Assembly (NCBI GenBank): GCA_013265495.1
Contig: MU058844.1
Location: 248,001-312,000 of the forward strand
Length of the DNA: 64,000 nt
Direction of reading: 5' to 3'
Source: Vicugna vicugna
Taxonomy: Eukaryota
Both the position numbers and the translations under genes were made by a program. This document shows positions 14,708 to 27,539 of this stretch, one piece after another. Each line of letters starts with the position of its first letter. The first letter of the stretch is position 1. Below the pieces are notes generated by a model. It searched no databases and was not told the DNA's origin. It saw nothing but the letters and a program-made list of their open reading frames with translations.

Positions 14708-15894
14708 TTAATACACTGGCTGAGCCAAGCTGAATTAATTTCAAATGTTTCTAAACATGATGAACAGCACCGAACATGAATCATTCTCTGTTTTTGCTTT
14801 CCACACAGTGGGGTCCTAGCTCGATTCCTTGTGCCATAAAGGGATTTGGGAAAAAGCTGAACGGAGACCCTTCTTTAAAAGCAACTTTTATCTGAGGATT
14901 ACAGAGGAGTATTCCAGTTAACATGCTTGAAAAGAACTAGTGCTTTTATTTTAACATTTCCTTCATCAGATACCCCTCCACCGCAGAAACTGCGAATATT
15001 CAATTAAGCAAGTGCCCTTTAGATGGTGGGCATTTTCAGAACCTGATCAGCAATGGGAGTAGGGCCCGAAAACAGCAGGTACTGATAAGTTTAAAGATCT
15101 TTACCCTAAGGAAAAAGGCCTATATAGGCACCACTGCCTTCAAGAAAAATATGAAGAGTTCATGCCCAGTCTACGGTGAATCCTAAATGTAGTCACAGAC
15201 TCCAGCCCTTCCCTGGGAGAATTCCCAGTCTCTATCACAACACTACCATGGCCACACATGCATAGGACATTTAATGGTTTGGGGTTTTCTTCATTTTGTT
15301 TGAAAGGAAAAATGTCCACATGCTAGTCCCTGGTCAGAAGTCACGCAAGAGTGGAAGGCATGTTTCCAAGACGAGTCCACCAGTGAGCAGAGGGGCCGCC
15401 ACGAGAGTAACTAGGTGGCGAGGAGTGGGGGTGGGGTGGGGGCAGGGGCGGCAGATGAGGCTTCATGACACCCACAGAAACAACCCGGGCCGGCGACCCG
15501 GACCCCCGGCCCTCCTCGCAGGCCTCTGTGAAGTCCGAGAGGCGGCAGGTGAGCAAGGGGGTGGGGGTGCACTTTAAGCTGCCCCCGCCCATTTGGAACT
15601 GTTTATTCCCTACTTTGCCAGCTGAAGCCTGGCGGCGTTAGGAACAGGAAGAACTACCAGAGATTTTCAGAGCAACCTGACCCGTTAAAAACGGGGTGCT
15701 GGGAATAATCTTCAGAGCAGACCGAGGGGAGAGCGGGCCCCAGCACCCCACTGTCACCCTAACCCGTCCGGGCTCGTGAACGCCGCTAGCAAGGTAGGGA
15801 CGAGGGAGCCACGCAGGGCCCAGGCCGCAGACGCCGCGGCGCGGAGCCTTCGAGAAAAGGTGGATACGGGGGGTTCTGGTTTCCTATTACTTAC

Positions 15895-15908
15895 GTCCGC
15901 AAACACGT

Positions 15909-15939
<31 letters not shown>

Positions 15940-16040
15940 CCTGCAACCGGAATCCAGACAGTCAGGGAACCTGTACCACAAGCACCATCTTTGTTGAAGG
16001 CGAAAGCCCTGAACAGGAAGTGTTGTCGCCATCTTTATTA
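15895..16040 (-). other. CRADD: CRADD non-coding exon 1 (5' UTR); 3' boundary well defined, TSS approximate
   Basis: Consensus donor GAC|GTAAGT (plus-strand acttac 15889-15894) inside the CpG-rich promoter, 1319 nt upstream of the exon 2 acceptor. CRADD is known to have a non-coding first exon. The TSS cannot be determined from sequence. Confidence 0.75.
15914..15939. repeat. A26 homopolymer (poly-U in CRADD exon 1)
   Basis: Directly counted. Confidence 0.95.
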
Positions 16041-18879
16041 AGGGCAAACACAGGAAGTGCTGTGGCCATCTTTATTGTTGGCCCTAGTGTTGGGATGAAG
16101 CCTTTTCCGCCATGTTTGCTGTGGGTAAATAATATCACCTGGAGTTGGAAAGTAATGATATCATTCAGGGAGTTATTGAAGGAAAGGAGTAATTGGATAA
16201 TTGCATTTTTTAATTTGATAGTTTCATTTTAACACATTAACTACACCAGGACCTTGCACACAGTTGACAAAATATAGTTAGGTCTCAAAAGTCACCTTTT
16301 TCAGGAAGACCTTCTGTGACCACTTTTATTTAAAATCACAGCATTCATCTCCTGCACGCCTCATCCCCTTTTCCAGCTTTATTTTCATCATAAGCACGTA
16401 TCACTATCTTATTAAAACTTTTACTTAATCACTTATTTATCACCTGTTTCCCTCCACTGAAATGCAAGTTCCTTCCTTTGTATCACAAAGGTCCTGTCCA
16501 CAAAGAGTTTATAAGTCAACCAGTCGGGATTCAGTTATTAGCAATTAACTAGCTATTTTGGGCAGGCAGGAGTTTGTCATGAGGAATTGGGGTCATTCAC
16601 AATCACTAGAAAGGCTTGAGAAAGTCTGGACATCTAAGGATGACCCCCTAAACAACACTGCCAAACTGGCTCATGGCCACAACCAGGAAAAGGGAGTCAG
16701 GAGCCACCATTCCACAGTCCCAACCTCTTCTCAACACTGATAGAGCAATGACTGCACATTGAAACACTGCCGCAGAAAATCCAAGGTATCCACAGCTGTA
16801 TTTGCCAGCAGCATCAGAACAGCAGCACCTGCAAATCTCACTCTAATGCATTTAATGAAACCTAATTTGCATGCAGAACATTAGTAGCAAGGGTGTCTGG
16901 GGCATGTAGTTTGTAATCGGAAGGCAAGACAAATGCATGCTCCAAAGAGAAAAGAATGTCATATTGTGGGTCCTTCCTCAAATTCCTTTATGAAATGAGG
17001 CAATCAATAAAGACATTCACTGATTCACTTTTAAGTCAATTTGGAGATATATACAGGAACCTGCTAAAAATCGATTGACAGTAACAGAAGAAAACCTAAA
17101 AATGTTACTTCTATAGAGGTTTTTACAACCAACATTTCTAATGAAAGATGGAAATATCTTTGTAAGCAAATCAATAGAAAGCAATTGTAAACTTCCCTCC
17201 TCAAAATATTCTAATTTTTGTAACCAATTTAAAGTGTTACTATACCCATATGCCATTTTATTGGGCCAGTGACAATATTTTTACATTGAGTGGCAAGTAT
17301 TATTATAATTAGAATTTTACATATGTGAGAACTGTGGCATCAAAGTGATCAAGTGTCTTAGCCAAAATCTCCACAGCTAATATAAAGCAAAACCTGAATT
17401 CTGACCAGGTCTCTCTGATTTCATGCTCTTTCCAGTACACAGTACACCACACACCCCTGTATGGCGAAGAGTCAACTCTTCTAGTGACAGCTAAAATATT
17501 GGTAAATCATTCTGGTGCCACCTTCTACTCTTGATACTCTTGAGTTCCAGTTACACTCTTCACTATCCCCCTCCTCTTTTGTTCTGGAATTGCTGTCCTT
17601 TCCTGGGCAGGATTTTCCTTCTGTGTGTGGACAGGTGTTAACAACATTTTCTGTCCTCTTCCAGATAAAGTGCAGGCCTCTTGTGATACTGCCAATAGCT
17701 GAGGTTACTGACTTTGGGGGGAGAGACAAAATGTACTTTTTCCAACTATAAACTTGGATAATGTTCAAACATAGTAAAGTTGAAACAAATAACACCAAAA
17801 AACACCCATATAAAACTACCTATTTTAAAAACACTTCTTGATGATTCGTTGTATTTGAAAAGGCTTGAGGTCTCCTAGGAACAAGAAGGATACATTGATG
17901 ATGATGTCCAGGGGCAGGTGGTCTCCATGAGAGTTCACAGAAGAGAAGAGAGTGAGAGATGGCATGAGAAAGAAGAGTTAGTGCAGGAGCTGGGGCACAT
18001 GGAGACTTATGGTGAACAACATTAAAGGTTGGCTATTAAGGATCTCACTTAAATTCATAAGGTGAAGCCCTTGTCCATCAAATACCCCTTCCTATGGAAA
18101 ATTTAGGAAAGCATCCATGCTGCCTCCTAAGCCACTAGGCTAGCTCTCTCATTGACTAGCCAACTGCTATCAATCAGCCTGTTGGAGGACCACCACCACA
18201 CTAGCATAGAGTGATATCTGAGCAACACACCAAAGATTCAACTTTACTTATATTAATATCCAAGACCAGCGGGTCATGAAGGAATCAAACACAGATCAGA
18301 ATCACTATCACAGGTGGTTACTCCTCCACTCCATTTAGTCCTCTCTGTAGGCTGGAATTGTGCCCCCACAGAGGATTAAGCACCTGTTACTCAGTGGTTA
18401 CAAATCTATTTTCAGGAAGGACAGATATTTTCCTTTTTCTCTGTCCCCTACATGTTTACTTGTGTTAAGATATACCCATTGTGAGTTTGCAGAAGAAAGA
18501 GTCAAAAAGAATAAGTGTAGTATTTTTCTCTCTTTCAGTCTGGTCTTTGGTTTTGCAACCTTCAAAACAAAAATCAAAGGATTTGGATATTTTTGGTTCT
18601 TCCTGCTTCATAGGTGTGGAAATTAAGCTATGGAGAAAGATTATTTTAGAACTTAGAACTTAGAAATTTAGAACAGTTTCAGAAATAGTTTATGAATTAA
18701 ATCACAAAGAAACCTCAATAAATTCAAAAAATCAATAATCAATAGCCTACAAACTATGCACTCAACCATTTTACAATAAAGTTGGAAATTTTATCCAAAG
18801 AATAGCTTCCATAAATCCCAAAAGTTTGGAAACCAAATAAAACACCCTAAACTCCTGACTTAAGAAAAGGTCACCTATT

Positions 18880-19340
18880 TCTATTGGTATAGCCATATAG
18901 AAAACAGTGTGGGAAAAAAAAGGAAAGCCTATCAAATACTACAACATGGATGAAAATGAAGGACATTATGCTAAGTAAAATAAGCCAGACACAGAAAGAC
19001 AAATACCACACAATCTCACTTACAAGTGAAATCTAAAATTGTTCGTGAAAGGGTGTGAAGTTTGAACTATGCAGGATGAATAAATTCTGGAAATCTAATG
19101 TACAACATGGTGACTAGTGTTAATAATACCATATTGTAAATTAGAAATTTCCTAAGACAGTAGATCTTAAATGTTCTCACATATATACAAAAAGATAACT
19201 AAGACAACTCTGTGAGGTGATGGGTGTGTTGATAAGATTCATTGTGGTAATCATTTCACAATGTATGCATATCAAAACATCACATTGTAAACATATACAG
19301 TTTTTATTTGTCAATTATACCTCAAGCTGGGGACAAAAAG
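18880..19340 (+). mobile_element. Old L1 (L1MA-like) 3' end fragment
   Basis: 'ggacattatgctaagtaaaataagccagacacagaaagacaaata...tgtcaattatacctc'. Confidence 0.75.
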
Positions 19341-19456
19341 TCACATACTTCTAACCAATAGAGTGTAGAAAAAAAGAAAAAAAAATTATAGCAGAAAAAC
19401 CTGGCAGACATCCCCTGAACCAAGTGAAGGTTAACATCCGAAATAAGTCCTGTTGA

Positions 19457-19979
19457 AAAGACAAGGACTCTAATTCAAAAAGACACATGCACCCCAATGT
19501 TCACAGCAGCACTATTTACAATAGCCACGACGTGGAAGCAATTTAAGTGTCCACTACCAGATAAATGGATAAAGAAGATGTGGTATATATACACAATGGA
19601 ATATTACTTAGCCATAAAAAGGAATGAAATAATGCCATTTGTACCAACACAAATGGACCTAGAGATTGTCATACTAAGTGAAGTAAGCCAGACAGAGAAA
19701 GACAAATATTATATGATATCACTTACATATGGAGTCTAAAAAATAATACAAATGAACTTGTTTACAAAACAGAAACATACTCACAGAGATAGAAAACACA
19801 CCGATGGTTACCAAAGGGTAAGGAGATGTATATAGATAGATAGATAGATATAGATAGATATAGATATAGATATATTAGATATAAATATACATATATATAG
19901 ATGTATATCTGAATGACTGTGCCATACACCTGAAATTAACACAATATTGTAAATCAACTATACTTCAATTTAAAAAAAA
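19457..19979 (+). mobile_element. Young 5'-truncated L1 3' end with 17-bp TSD, nested in an older L1MC/MD-like fragment
   Basis: Perfect TSD gaaataagtcctgttga at 19440-19456 and 19980-19996; L1 3' UTR sequence and A tail. Confidence 0.92.
19826..19910. repeat. (TAGA/TAGATA/TA)n microsatellite within the L1
   Basis: Directly visible. Confidence 0.9.
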
Positions 19980-20632
19980 GAAATAAGTCCTGTTGACATC
20001 ATGTGCCCCAATATGATATGACAAGAGGTGTACATCGCCTCTGTGGTGTTCTTCCCCAAAATTCAATCTTTTGATGAGAGTTCATCAGACAAACCCAAAA
20101 TGAGAGACCTTCCACAAAATATCTGAAAAATTACTCTTCAAAAATGTCAAGATCATGAAAGACCATTAAAGATGGAGAAATTGTCCCAGATTGGAAAAGA
20201 CTAAGAGGATGTGACAACTATAGGAAGGGAAGAGGAGAGGAAAGAAGTAGAAAAGGAAGATGGTGAAGGACTTGCCCAGTGTCAGGGAGATATGAAGACT
20301 TCTGGATTAAATTCTTATTCCAATTTCATCTTTATCATTTCCTTGACATGCAACAGGAATCCCATGTAGCCTCCCTTCCCTGTAACCCTCTGCCCCCCCA
20401 AAAAACAAAAACAGAATTCACCAAAGGAAATATAGGCAACTACCCCTGTAATTGAAAATCCTAAAACTACATTTGGAATATGCAACCAGGCTGTCCCCTC
20501 TTTCCGTATAACTCTTAATAAATACATTATGCTGTAGATCATATTACCTAAATCATGTGCACTAAATAAGTATTCTTTTACTAAGTTATGAATTCTAACA
20601 ATTTCTTCAGTTCTCTGGTATCTCATTTTCAT

Positions 20633-20878
20633 CCTTCTCTGTTTAACTTACTTCACTTAGTATGACAATCTCCAGGTCTATCCATGTTGCTGCAAATGGC
20701 ATTATGTCATTCTTCTTTATGGCTGAGTAATATTGCATTGTGTATATATACCACATCTTCATTATCCATTCTCTGGTGATGGACACTTAGGCTGCTTTCA
20801 TGTCTTGGCTATTATAAATAGTGCTGCTGTGAACATTGGGTTACCTGTATGTTTTCATATTAGAGTTTTTGTCTTTCA
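20633..20878 (-). mobile_element. L1 3' UTR fragment
   Basis: 'cttacttcacttagtatgacaatctccaggtctatccatgttgctgcaaatggc...ggacacttaggctgctttcatgtcttggctatt'. Confidence 0.85.
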
Positions 20879-23029
20879 AATTATTGCTTATTTTAAAAAT
20901 CCTGGGACAGTTCACAAAACCCTAAATTGCAAACCTTTCAAAAGAGCTGAATACATTATTATTCATATTTTGTGTACCAATTTGATACCCCAACAACATT
21001 TCTAGATGTTTGAAGAATCATGCTATAAGACTTTAGTGATTGTTAATAATAGGATTATTGCAATTTATTTCTAATTTGAGAGAAATCAGTTTTTATTGAG
21101 CATTTATTATGTGCTAGAGTCAGTTAGGGCTAACAGACCGAAAAAGAGATATGATCTCTGTCTTCATGGAGCTGAGAGTCTAGAGAAGGAAACAAACATA
21201 AATAAGGAAACAAATACAAATTAATATTTACAAATCAGTATAAGTGCAATAAAGAAAAAGTGTTTTGATAAGTAAAACCAGTCTGGGGGACTACAGGGAA
21301 GGAGCTGATCTCAACAGAGTCTTCAGAAAAAGCCTCTTTGAGGAGGTGACCTCTCCTACTTTTCTTAAAAAAAAAAAAAAACTTGCAGTAGGTATAAGTA
21401 GCAACCATTTACTAGTTTCTATCAGCCACTACATTTATCACCAGGCAGTCAGTACCTAGACTATATTACCTTGTGCTTTATTTTGGGTCAGGAACAACCA
21501 AGCCAAAGTATCCTGAATGGCAAAAGTTAATAGCTAAATTCTCTTTCTGCTGAGTATCTACCAGGAGGACGTCATGTATCATTGACTGAAGAGAAACCCA
21601 TACACTTCACACAGCAGACAGAAATGGATTTTCAACGTTTTGTGATGAGCAATTTAGTAGCTAACTTTCCATTTTGTTCAGGCAAAGTTACAAAGAAGCA
21701 AGCTATGCTGATATCAGGGAAAAGGGTCAAAATATTTCTCCATGAACAGCAACAGAATGTTTGAACCTGTTGAAGCATATGGACAAGTATTTGGCTGAGA
21801 CCACAGAATCTGACATCATAAAGCACAAAAAAATTAGTTTTACCCACCCCCCAAAAAAACCCTAAGTATTTCTAATACCAATTGGCCGCACTGACCACAG
21901 AAAAACTTCACATGGACTTTACTGTACTGAGAGTTTCTTTCCAAGCAGAACTACATCATCATGAGTGCCAAGATGATTTATCAGTAAATGCACCATGTGG
22001 TTGAATGAACTAAGCTTTTATCTGGGTTTATTTAATAAAGTCCATTTAGAAATTAGACAATGACTACTAAATATAACGAGTTTTGTTTCACCATAATTGA
22101 TGCTAGGCTGTTCTCTCTGGTAACAATCCTCCAAAAAGTTCAGCTGCACCTTAATAAAGCAAATACAGCCAATAGCCCAGAAGAGGGTGCTTCCCTTCCT
22201 TCCCATCTGCGCTAAGTGGGCATGCTTCCAATCCACCCACTAGCTATACAGGAAGCATAGAATTTTGAACAAATAGTGGAGATTAACACTGAAGCATCGG
22301 AACTGCTCTTTGGGGAAACTGTGTTTGATTTAATAGAGGAAAGAAATCAGCCGTTAAAAGTGCTGATGGATCGTTTATGTCTCTTCTCCCCAGATAGTGA
22401 GAATATGAATGCTGAAGTCAACCAGTCAACTTGAAGTATGAAATGGGCTATCATAAGCTTCTCTCCACCCAGGGAAGCTCTCCTATTGACCAGAAGTAGA
22501 AGGGAGGGGAAAAGACAAAGTGAATTGCGGGCTGTGGCCTACCTCATCAAATTCATTTGGCCCACAGAGATTTCTCCTAATGGCCTAAGAACATCACTTA
22601 TGCAAAAGGAAAAGAAAACACACTTTCCTTGTGGCATTTGAGGGGTTTGTTGTTCTTTTGAGTGTCAGTTTTAGGCTATCTTCTCTTCGGGACAGAGAAC
22701 TGATTTTCCATTTTTGTGGCCCCTACTCAATCATCTAGTACTACATATACAGCATGCGTTCGGTAAATATATTTGACTAACAATGTGATTCTTCTATTGG
22801 TTTCATTTTACACGGAGTGCCTATGATGGTGCCTTGTAGTAGGCACTCAAAAATTGGGTCAAGTGTGTGCATATACAACCAATGTATTACAACCAGACTC
22901 CTTTTTGTTCCCCATTTATGTTTAATAAAAATGTAAGAAAGTCAAAAATTCCTATCAATACATACAAGGATTATATGTTACTACTATAAGATTTTGTTAT
23001 GAGTCTTAAGTACCTGAAATTTTAAGAAT

Positions 23030-23805
23030 ACTCCCAGAATCTCTTCTTTTTTCTAACTGTACTCTTTTACCTAAGTACTCTCAACCAACCCACTCCATTA
23101 AATATTATCTAAAGGTAAAAAAATCTCCCAAATGTTTAGTTCTGGCCTCATGTATCCAGTCGTCTGCCTGACATCTCCACTTGGAGTTCAATAGGCAACT
23201 CAGACTTAATCTTTCCAAATCCAGGCTCTTGATTCTTCTTAACCTTAACCCATTCCTCCCCAACCAGCTCCACTTCTGTTAATGGTACTACCATCCTATC
23301 AAGCCAAAGACTAGAGGAGTCATCCTTCATTCTTCTCTTTTCCTCACAACATCCATCCAATTCATCAATAAGTCCTGTTGATTCTATTGCTACAACGTTT
23401 CCTCATCCAATCACATCTCTCCCTTCCAACCACCACTACCCTCTAAATTAGCATAATATCTTGTTCAGACTCCAGGACTTTGCTCCATCTTGTTATTAAA
23501 TCTTAAATGTTACCCCCTTAGAAAAGCCTTCCCTGAACACCTGATCTGAAATTGCTCCCCAGACTCTATCACTTCACCTTGTTTCATTTTTTTCTTAGCA
23601 CTTATCACTACCAATTAATTTTTTTTATTTGTTTGTTTGTCTATTGGAAAGGGGAGTATTTTTGTCTTCTACCATTAAAATGCACATCCATAAGAGCAGG
23701 GACCTTTGCTGTCTTGTGTTCTGCTATATTTCCAATGTCCACAAGAGAGGCTGACACACATAGGTGCTCAGAAATAGTTCTTGAACTGAGAAGTCAATGA
23801 ATCAA
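23030..23805 (+). mobile_element. L2 LINE fragments
   Basis: 'tgcctgacatctccacttggagttcaataggcaactcagacttaat' and L2-like 3' end. Explains ORFs 23148-23360 and 23552-23800. Confidence 0.75.
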
Positions 23806-23871
23806 TTAGCTCATAAGCCTAAAATACAGTTGAACATGAAGAATAAGGAGAATGCAGAACAACACAGGATT

Positions 23872-23980
23872 GTGGGAGGGTTTAGCTCAACGGTAGAGCG
23901 CACACTTATCATGCCGGAAGTCCTGGGTTCAATCTCCAGTACCTCCACTAAAAAAAAGAACAAAAAAGTTTTAAAGAATC
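23872..23980 (+). mobile_element. tRNA-Ala-derived SINE (Vic-1-like, camelid)
   Basis: A-box 'tagctcaacggtagagcg', B-box 'gggttcaatctcc', A-rich tail, TSD core aacacagg (23861-23868 / 23983-23990). Confidence 0.8.
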
Positions 23981-25394
23981 AGAACACAGGTTTTTAAGTA
24001 AAGTAACATATTCATTGAGACCCAATTTAAATTACCCAGTTTCTCTCAATACCTTTAACCTTACTATTTTAAGCTAACAATTACCGAACATTTACTACAT
24101 GCCAGGAACTATGCACATTCTTTACACTTACTATTTCATTTAGTTTTATTCAATCTGTGCACAGCCTTATGAAGTAGACATGACTAGCTACGTGGCAGAG
24201 CCAGAATTCACATGCAAATAAGTCTTATCCCAAAGACCTAAGTCCTAACCTAAGTTAGGTTGCCTATTTATATGATATTCCCTGCAGATGGGCCAGGTTC
24301 CCTGGGAACATTCACCCAGGAGAGTAAGGTCAGGGCAGCTTAGCCTCAACTTAGAGCTCATGTCTCTTTCCTGGAAGGTTACAGTGATAGCGTTCACTTG
24401 GAGAGTGCATGGAGATCAAGGCTTGGTTACACAAGAACATTCCTCCTATGATGCACATCCTGCAAGCGCAGCAAAGTATTATTCAAAACAGCATTTGCCA
24501 AGTTAGAGAATTATTAAATGTCTGAGCCTTCCACAGAACCTACATAGTGATTGTTACATGCCTTCCAAGATTGATTTCTCCAAAGTTAAACATTTCTTTT
24601 ACTGCACAGAAGGACTGGGTTCTTGTAAAGATCAAGTGAAGTAGTGCATATGATAGCTCTTTGAAAAAATATGAAATTTCACAGAATATGCAGTATTATA
24701 CAATCACAAAATTCTAGAAATGAAAAGGAACTAAGAAATGATCTCTTATTTCACAAAAGTATAAAAGGAGACACAGAGAGGTAAAGTGACTTGTAGCTGC
24801 AGGACCAGGAGCTGATAGAATGAAATTATGTCATTTACCAAATTTAGTTCTCAATATGTAACCAAGTAATGGCCCTTTCAGTCATTTTCCCTGAATTAAT
24901 ACTCATGATTTCAAACCTTCAAAATTATTCCAAGTTTATAATACTGATATACACATATATTTTTCTAGACTTTGTATTTTATTTTATTTTAAAAATTCCG
25001 GGTTACCAGTCTCTCATGTAATAAGCAATGGACAACATGTCACCTTAATGCCTCTGGGGAAGACAAAAAACAAAAATATTACTACATATTCTTGGAAAAT
25101 AAATCCTTCAAAAATTGATTGGCACAGATACAACTGATGGAGAGTGTTTATAGGTGGCCCCAATTTCAGTAGGAAGTAATTGAAGGCTCCCTTGAAGAGG
25201 GTCTCCTTCATTACATGTGCTTTTTACTCTGCAGTTACTTCCTGAGTTACAACTGTAATCTTTCCAGTTCAAAATGGTCCCACAGTTCAGCAGTGGTTCA
25301 GGATGATCCACTAGAGCCAAACTGAACTGAACTCTTCATTCTCTACTTTTACGTGTCTCACACAGTTATCCTGACCTTCTGAGCCCTCAGACTT

Positions 25395-25542
25395 TAAAGA
25401 TCATCAGAATCATCAGGCGAACCTGCAGAAGCAGAGCTCTGGGTCTGACCCCTGGAGTCTCTGGCTTGGAAGTCCTGACGTGGGCTTCAGTAACTTGCAT
25501 TTCTAACTGGTCCCCAGGTGATGCTCTCTGGAGACCATTGTT
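25395..25542. mobile_element. MER5A-like hAT-Charlie MITE
   Basis: 'catcagaatcatcagg...ttgcatttctaactggtccccaggtgatgct...gagaccattg'. Confidence 0.65.
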
Positions 25543-27539
25543 GTACATTATGCACATTTCCATCAAGATTAACCAGGATTGAAATTACTTGAGACAGGTT
25601 TTTGTAACCCTGGATTAATCCTAGAACACAGGGCATAGTGACTTGAAATCCAGATGCCAGAGCCATATGTTTCAAAAAATGTATATTCAAAACCTTCTTG
25701 TTGAACTTTTTCATTCAGAAAACATAACTGTGAGACTCTCATGAAAATGAGTTATCAACTGCTGATTAGTGCTTTGAAAAATAATGAGTGTTATTGTTGC
25801 AGGTAAGATTCTATTAAGCATTTTCCATTTAATAATTCTTCAACATACTGAACAAAGAATTTTTACTCCTATGCAGTCCAGACCTGGTTCTGTTGCTTAG
25901 CAATGATCTCCACGAACCTTTACAGTATTGTGTTTTCCTCTTCAAAAAGGGACAGTGTGCCACAGGTACTTTTTAACTTCACCAGAGTGTTCCCATAAAA
26001 GTGGATTAATAATCATTCTGTATTTAATCTAACAGGCCAAAAAATTCTCAAGATGAGACGCTTTCTTTTAGGATGTTTTAAAATGCACTGTGCTCTTTCT
26101 TCAAAGTGAAGCTCTTTGATTCACAATCATTGTGGTAACTTCTGGAGGGATTCATCTTTCTGACAAAGAACCATCAATCCATCAATACATATTGTAGAGG
26201 GTCTCGTCCATGTTCATTTGTGGGCTGGGCCAGTGGGAGATTCAAAAGACTATCTGTGGACACATTTTGTACATTGTAAAGGAGGATGTTTAAGTATTAT
26301 TGAAAGTGTCTCCTTCATAAGATCTATGACACATAAAAGAGATAGGATTAATTTAGAAGAAACAGTGGCAAACTATATAAGGCAGTATGCTACTAAATCA
26401 GCTACTAAATGAGGAGGCACTCCACTAAGAGCCTTTTTAAGCATTCAGAGGGCAGAAACTAGTAACAAGGAGAGCTGGCATTTATCAAGTGCTTCCTATA
26501 TGCAAGACACTTCAAAGACATTATCTCTTTTAATTGTCACAACAGTCCTGTGAAGTCAAAATTATTAATATCCTCATTTTCAGATGAGAACACTAAGGCT
26601 TAAAGGTTAATTAGCTTGCGAGTAAACAAACCCGGGTCTGAGCTCAGTAAAGGATTGCTTCGCAGAGTGCAGCTACCTAGAGACCCACGCATCATGCTGC
26701 CCTTTCCCTTGGCGTCTCTCTGCATTATTCATACATGCAGAACCTAATTCCAGGCCGGTGTTCCTCTGGGAAAAGACCTCAGCTTTAATTCACACCTATA
26801 AACCTCTGTGAATACCTATCCCTTCTGCCTTTGCGGCCAACAGTAAATCCTCTGGGACAGGGTAAAGAAAGGAGGGTTTCTTCTTACATAGATTATCTTT
26901 AAGCAATGAGTTCTGCAGAGTGATCCATGATTAGACATAAGTATGCTGATCTGTAAACGCACACCCTGTGTTTTCATACTAGCAGAGAGTCACATCAGCC
27001 TTCAGATTTGAATTGCTGAGCATCTCCAGCTAAACAAACTTTCTCTTTGATTGTGTTAATAACACCCCGGACCTATATGGATGAACCTCTTTTAATCCAA
27101 TGATTCCTTGAATTTTATCTCCAGCCTTGTCTTAAATGGCACCAGACTCCAAATAATAGTATGTAATTTCACCCTGACACTCTGCCTCCGTTCCCTGTCC
27201 ACACTCAGAAAAACACAGCAAGATAAACAGTCGAATTTTCCAGGAGACTTTTGAAATAGAGGATAAGACTGGCTGCATCCTCTATGACCAGACTTGGGGT
27301 AAGGGGGATTGTGGGGCAAAAGCCAAACTCCAGGCCCACAACTTTGTCAATTACTTTACAGTGTCTCTGAAAATGTTGTAGAGGTAAAAGAGCATAAATG
27401 GTTAATAGTTCAACTGAGCCCTGAGCCCTGGATTGGGAAGGAGGAATCCTAGGTTCTAGAACTGCTTCTGCCTAAGTCTCCAGGTTTTCAGAGTCTGTTA
27501 AGTGTGAGGGAAAAGAAGGACAAAAATCTGACACTACCC

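Larger units (their letters stand above)
15340..16130 (-). promoter_or_regulatory. CpG-island-type promoter of CRADD with YY1-like (GCCATCTT) and ETS (GGAAGT, CCGGAA) motifs
   Basis: The only strongly CpG/GC-rich stretch in the window. ACAGGAAGTG at 16013 and 16050; CCATCTTT at 15985, 16029 and 16066; no obvious TATA box. Confidence 0.85.

Noticed and set aside
15544..15800. Plus-strand splice-donor-like sites (CAG|GTGAGC, AAG|GTAGGG) suggesting an antisense transcript
   Set aside because: Such motifs occur often by chance; no supporting exon structure identifiable from sequence alone.
15985..16130. CRISPR-like repeat-spacer array (repeats at ~40-bp spacing)
   Set aside because: Mammalian DNA, only four degenerate non-palindromic units, no cas genes; better explained as transcription-factor modules.
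23874..23948. Possible tRNA-Ala gene
   Set aside because: Degenerate anticodon arm, A-rich tail and TSD indicate a SINE, not a functional tRNA. The same applies to 29443-29520.
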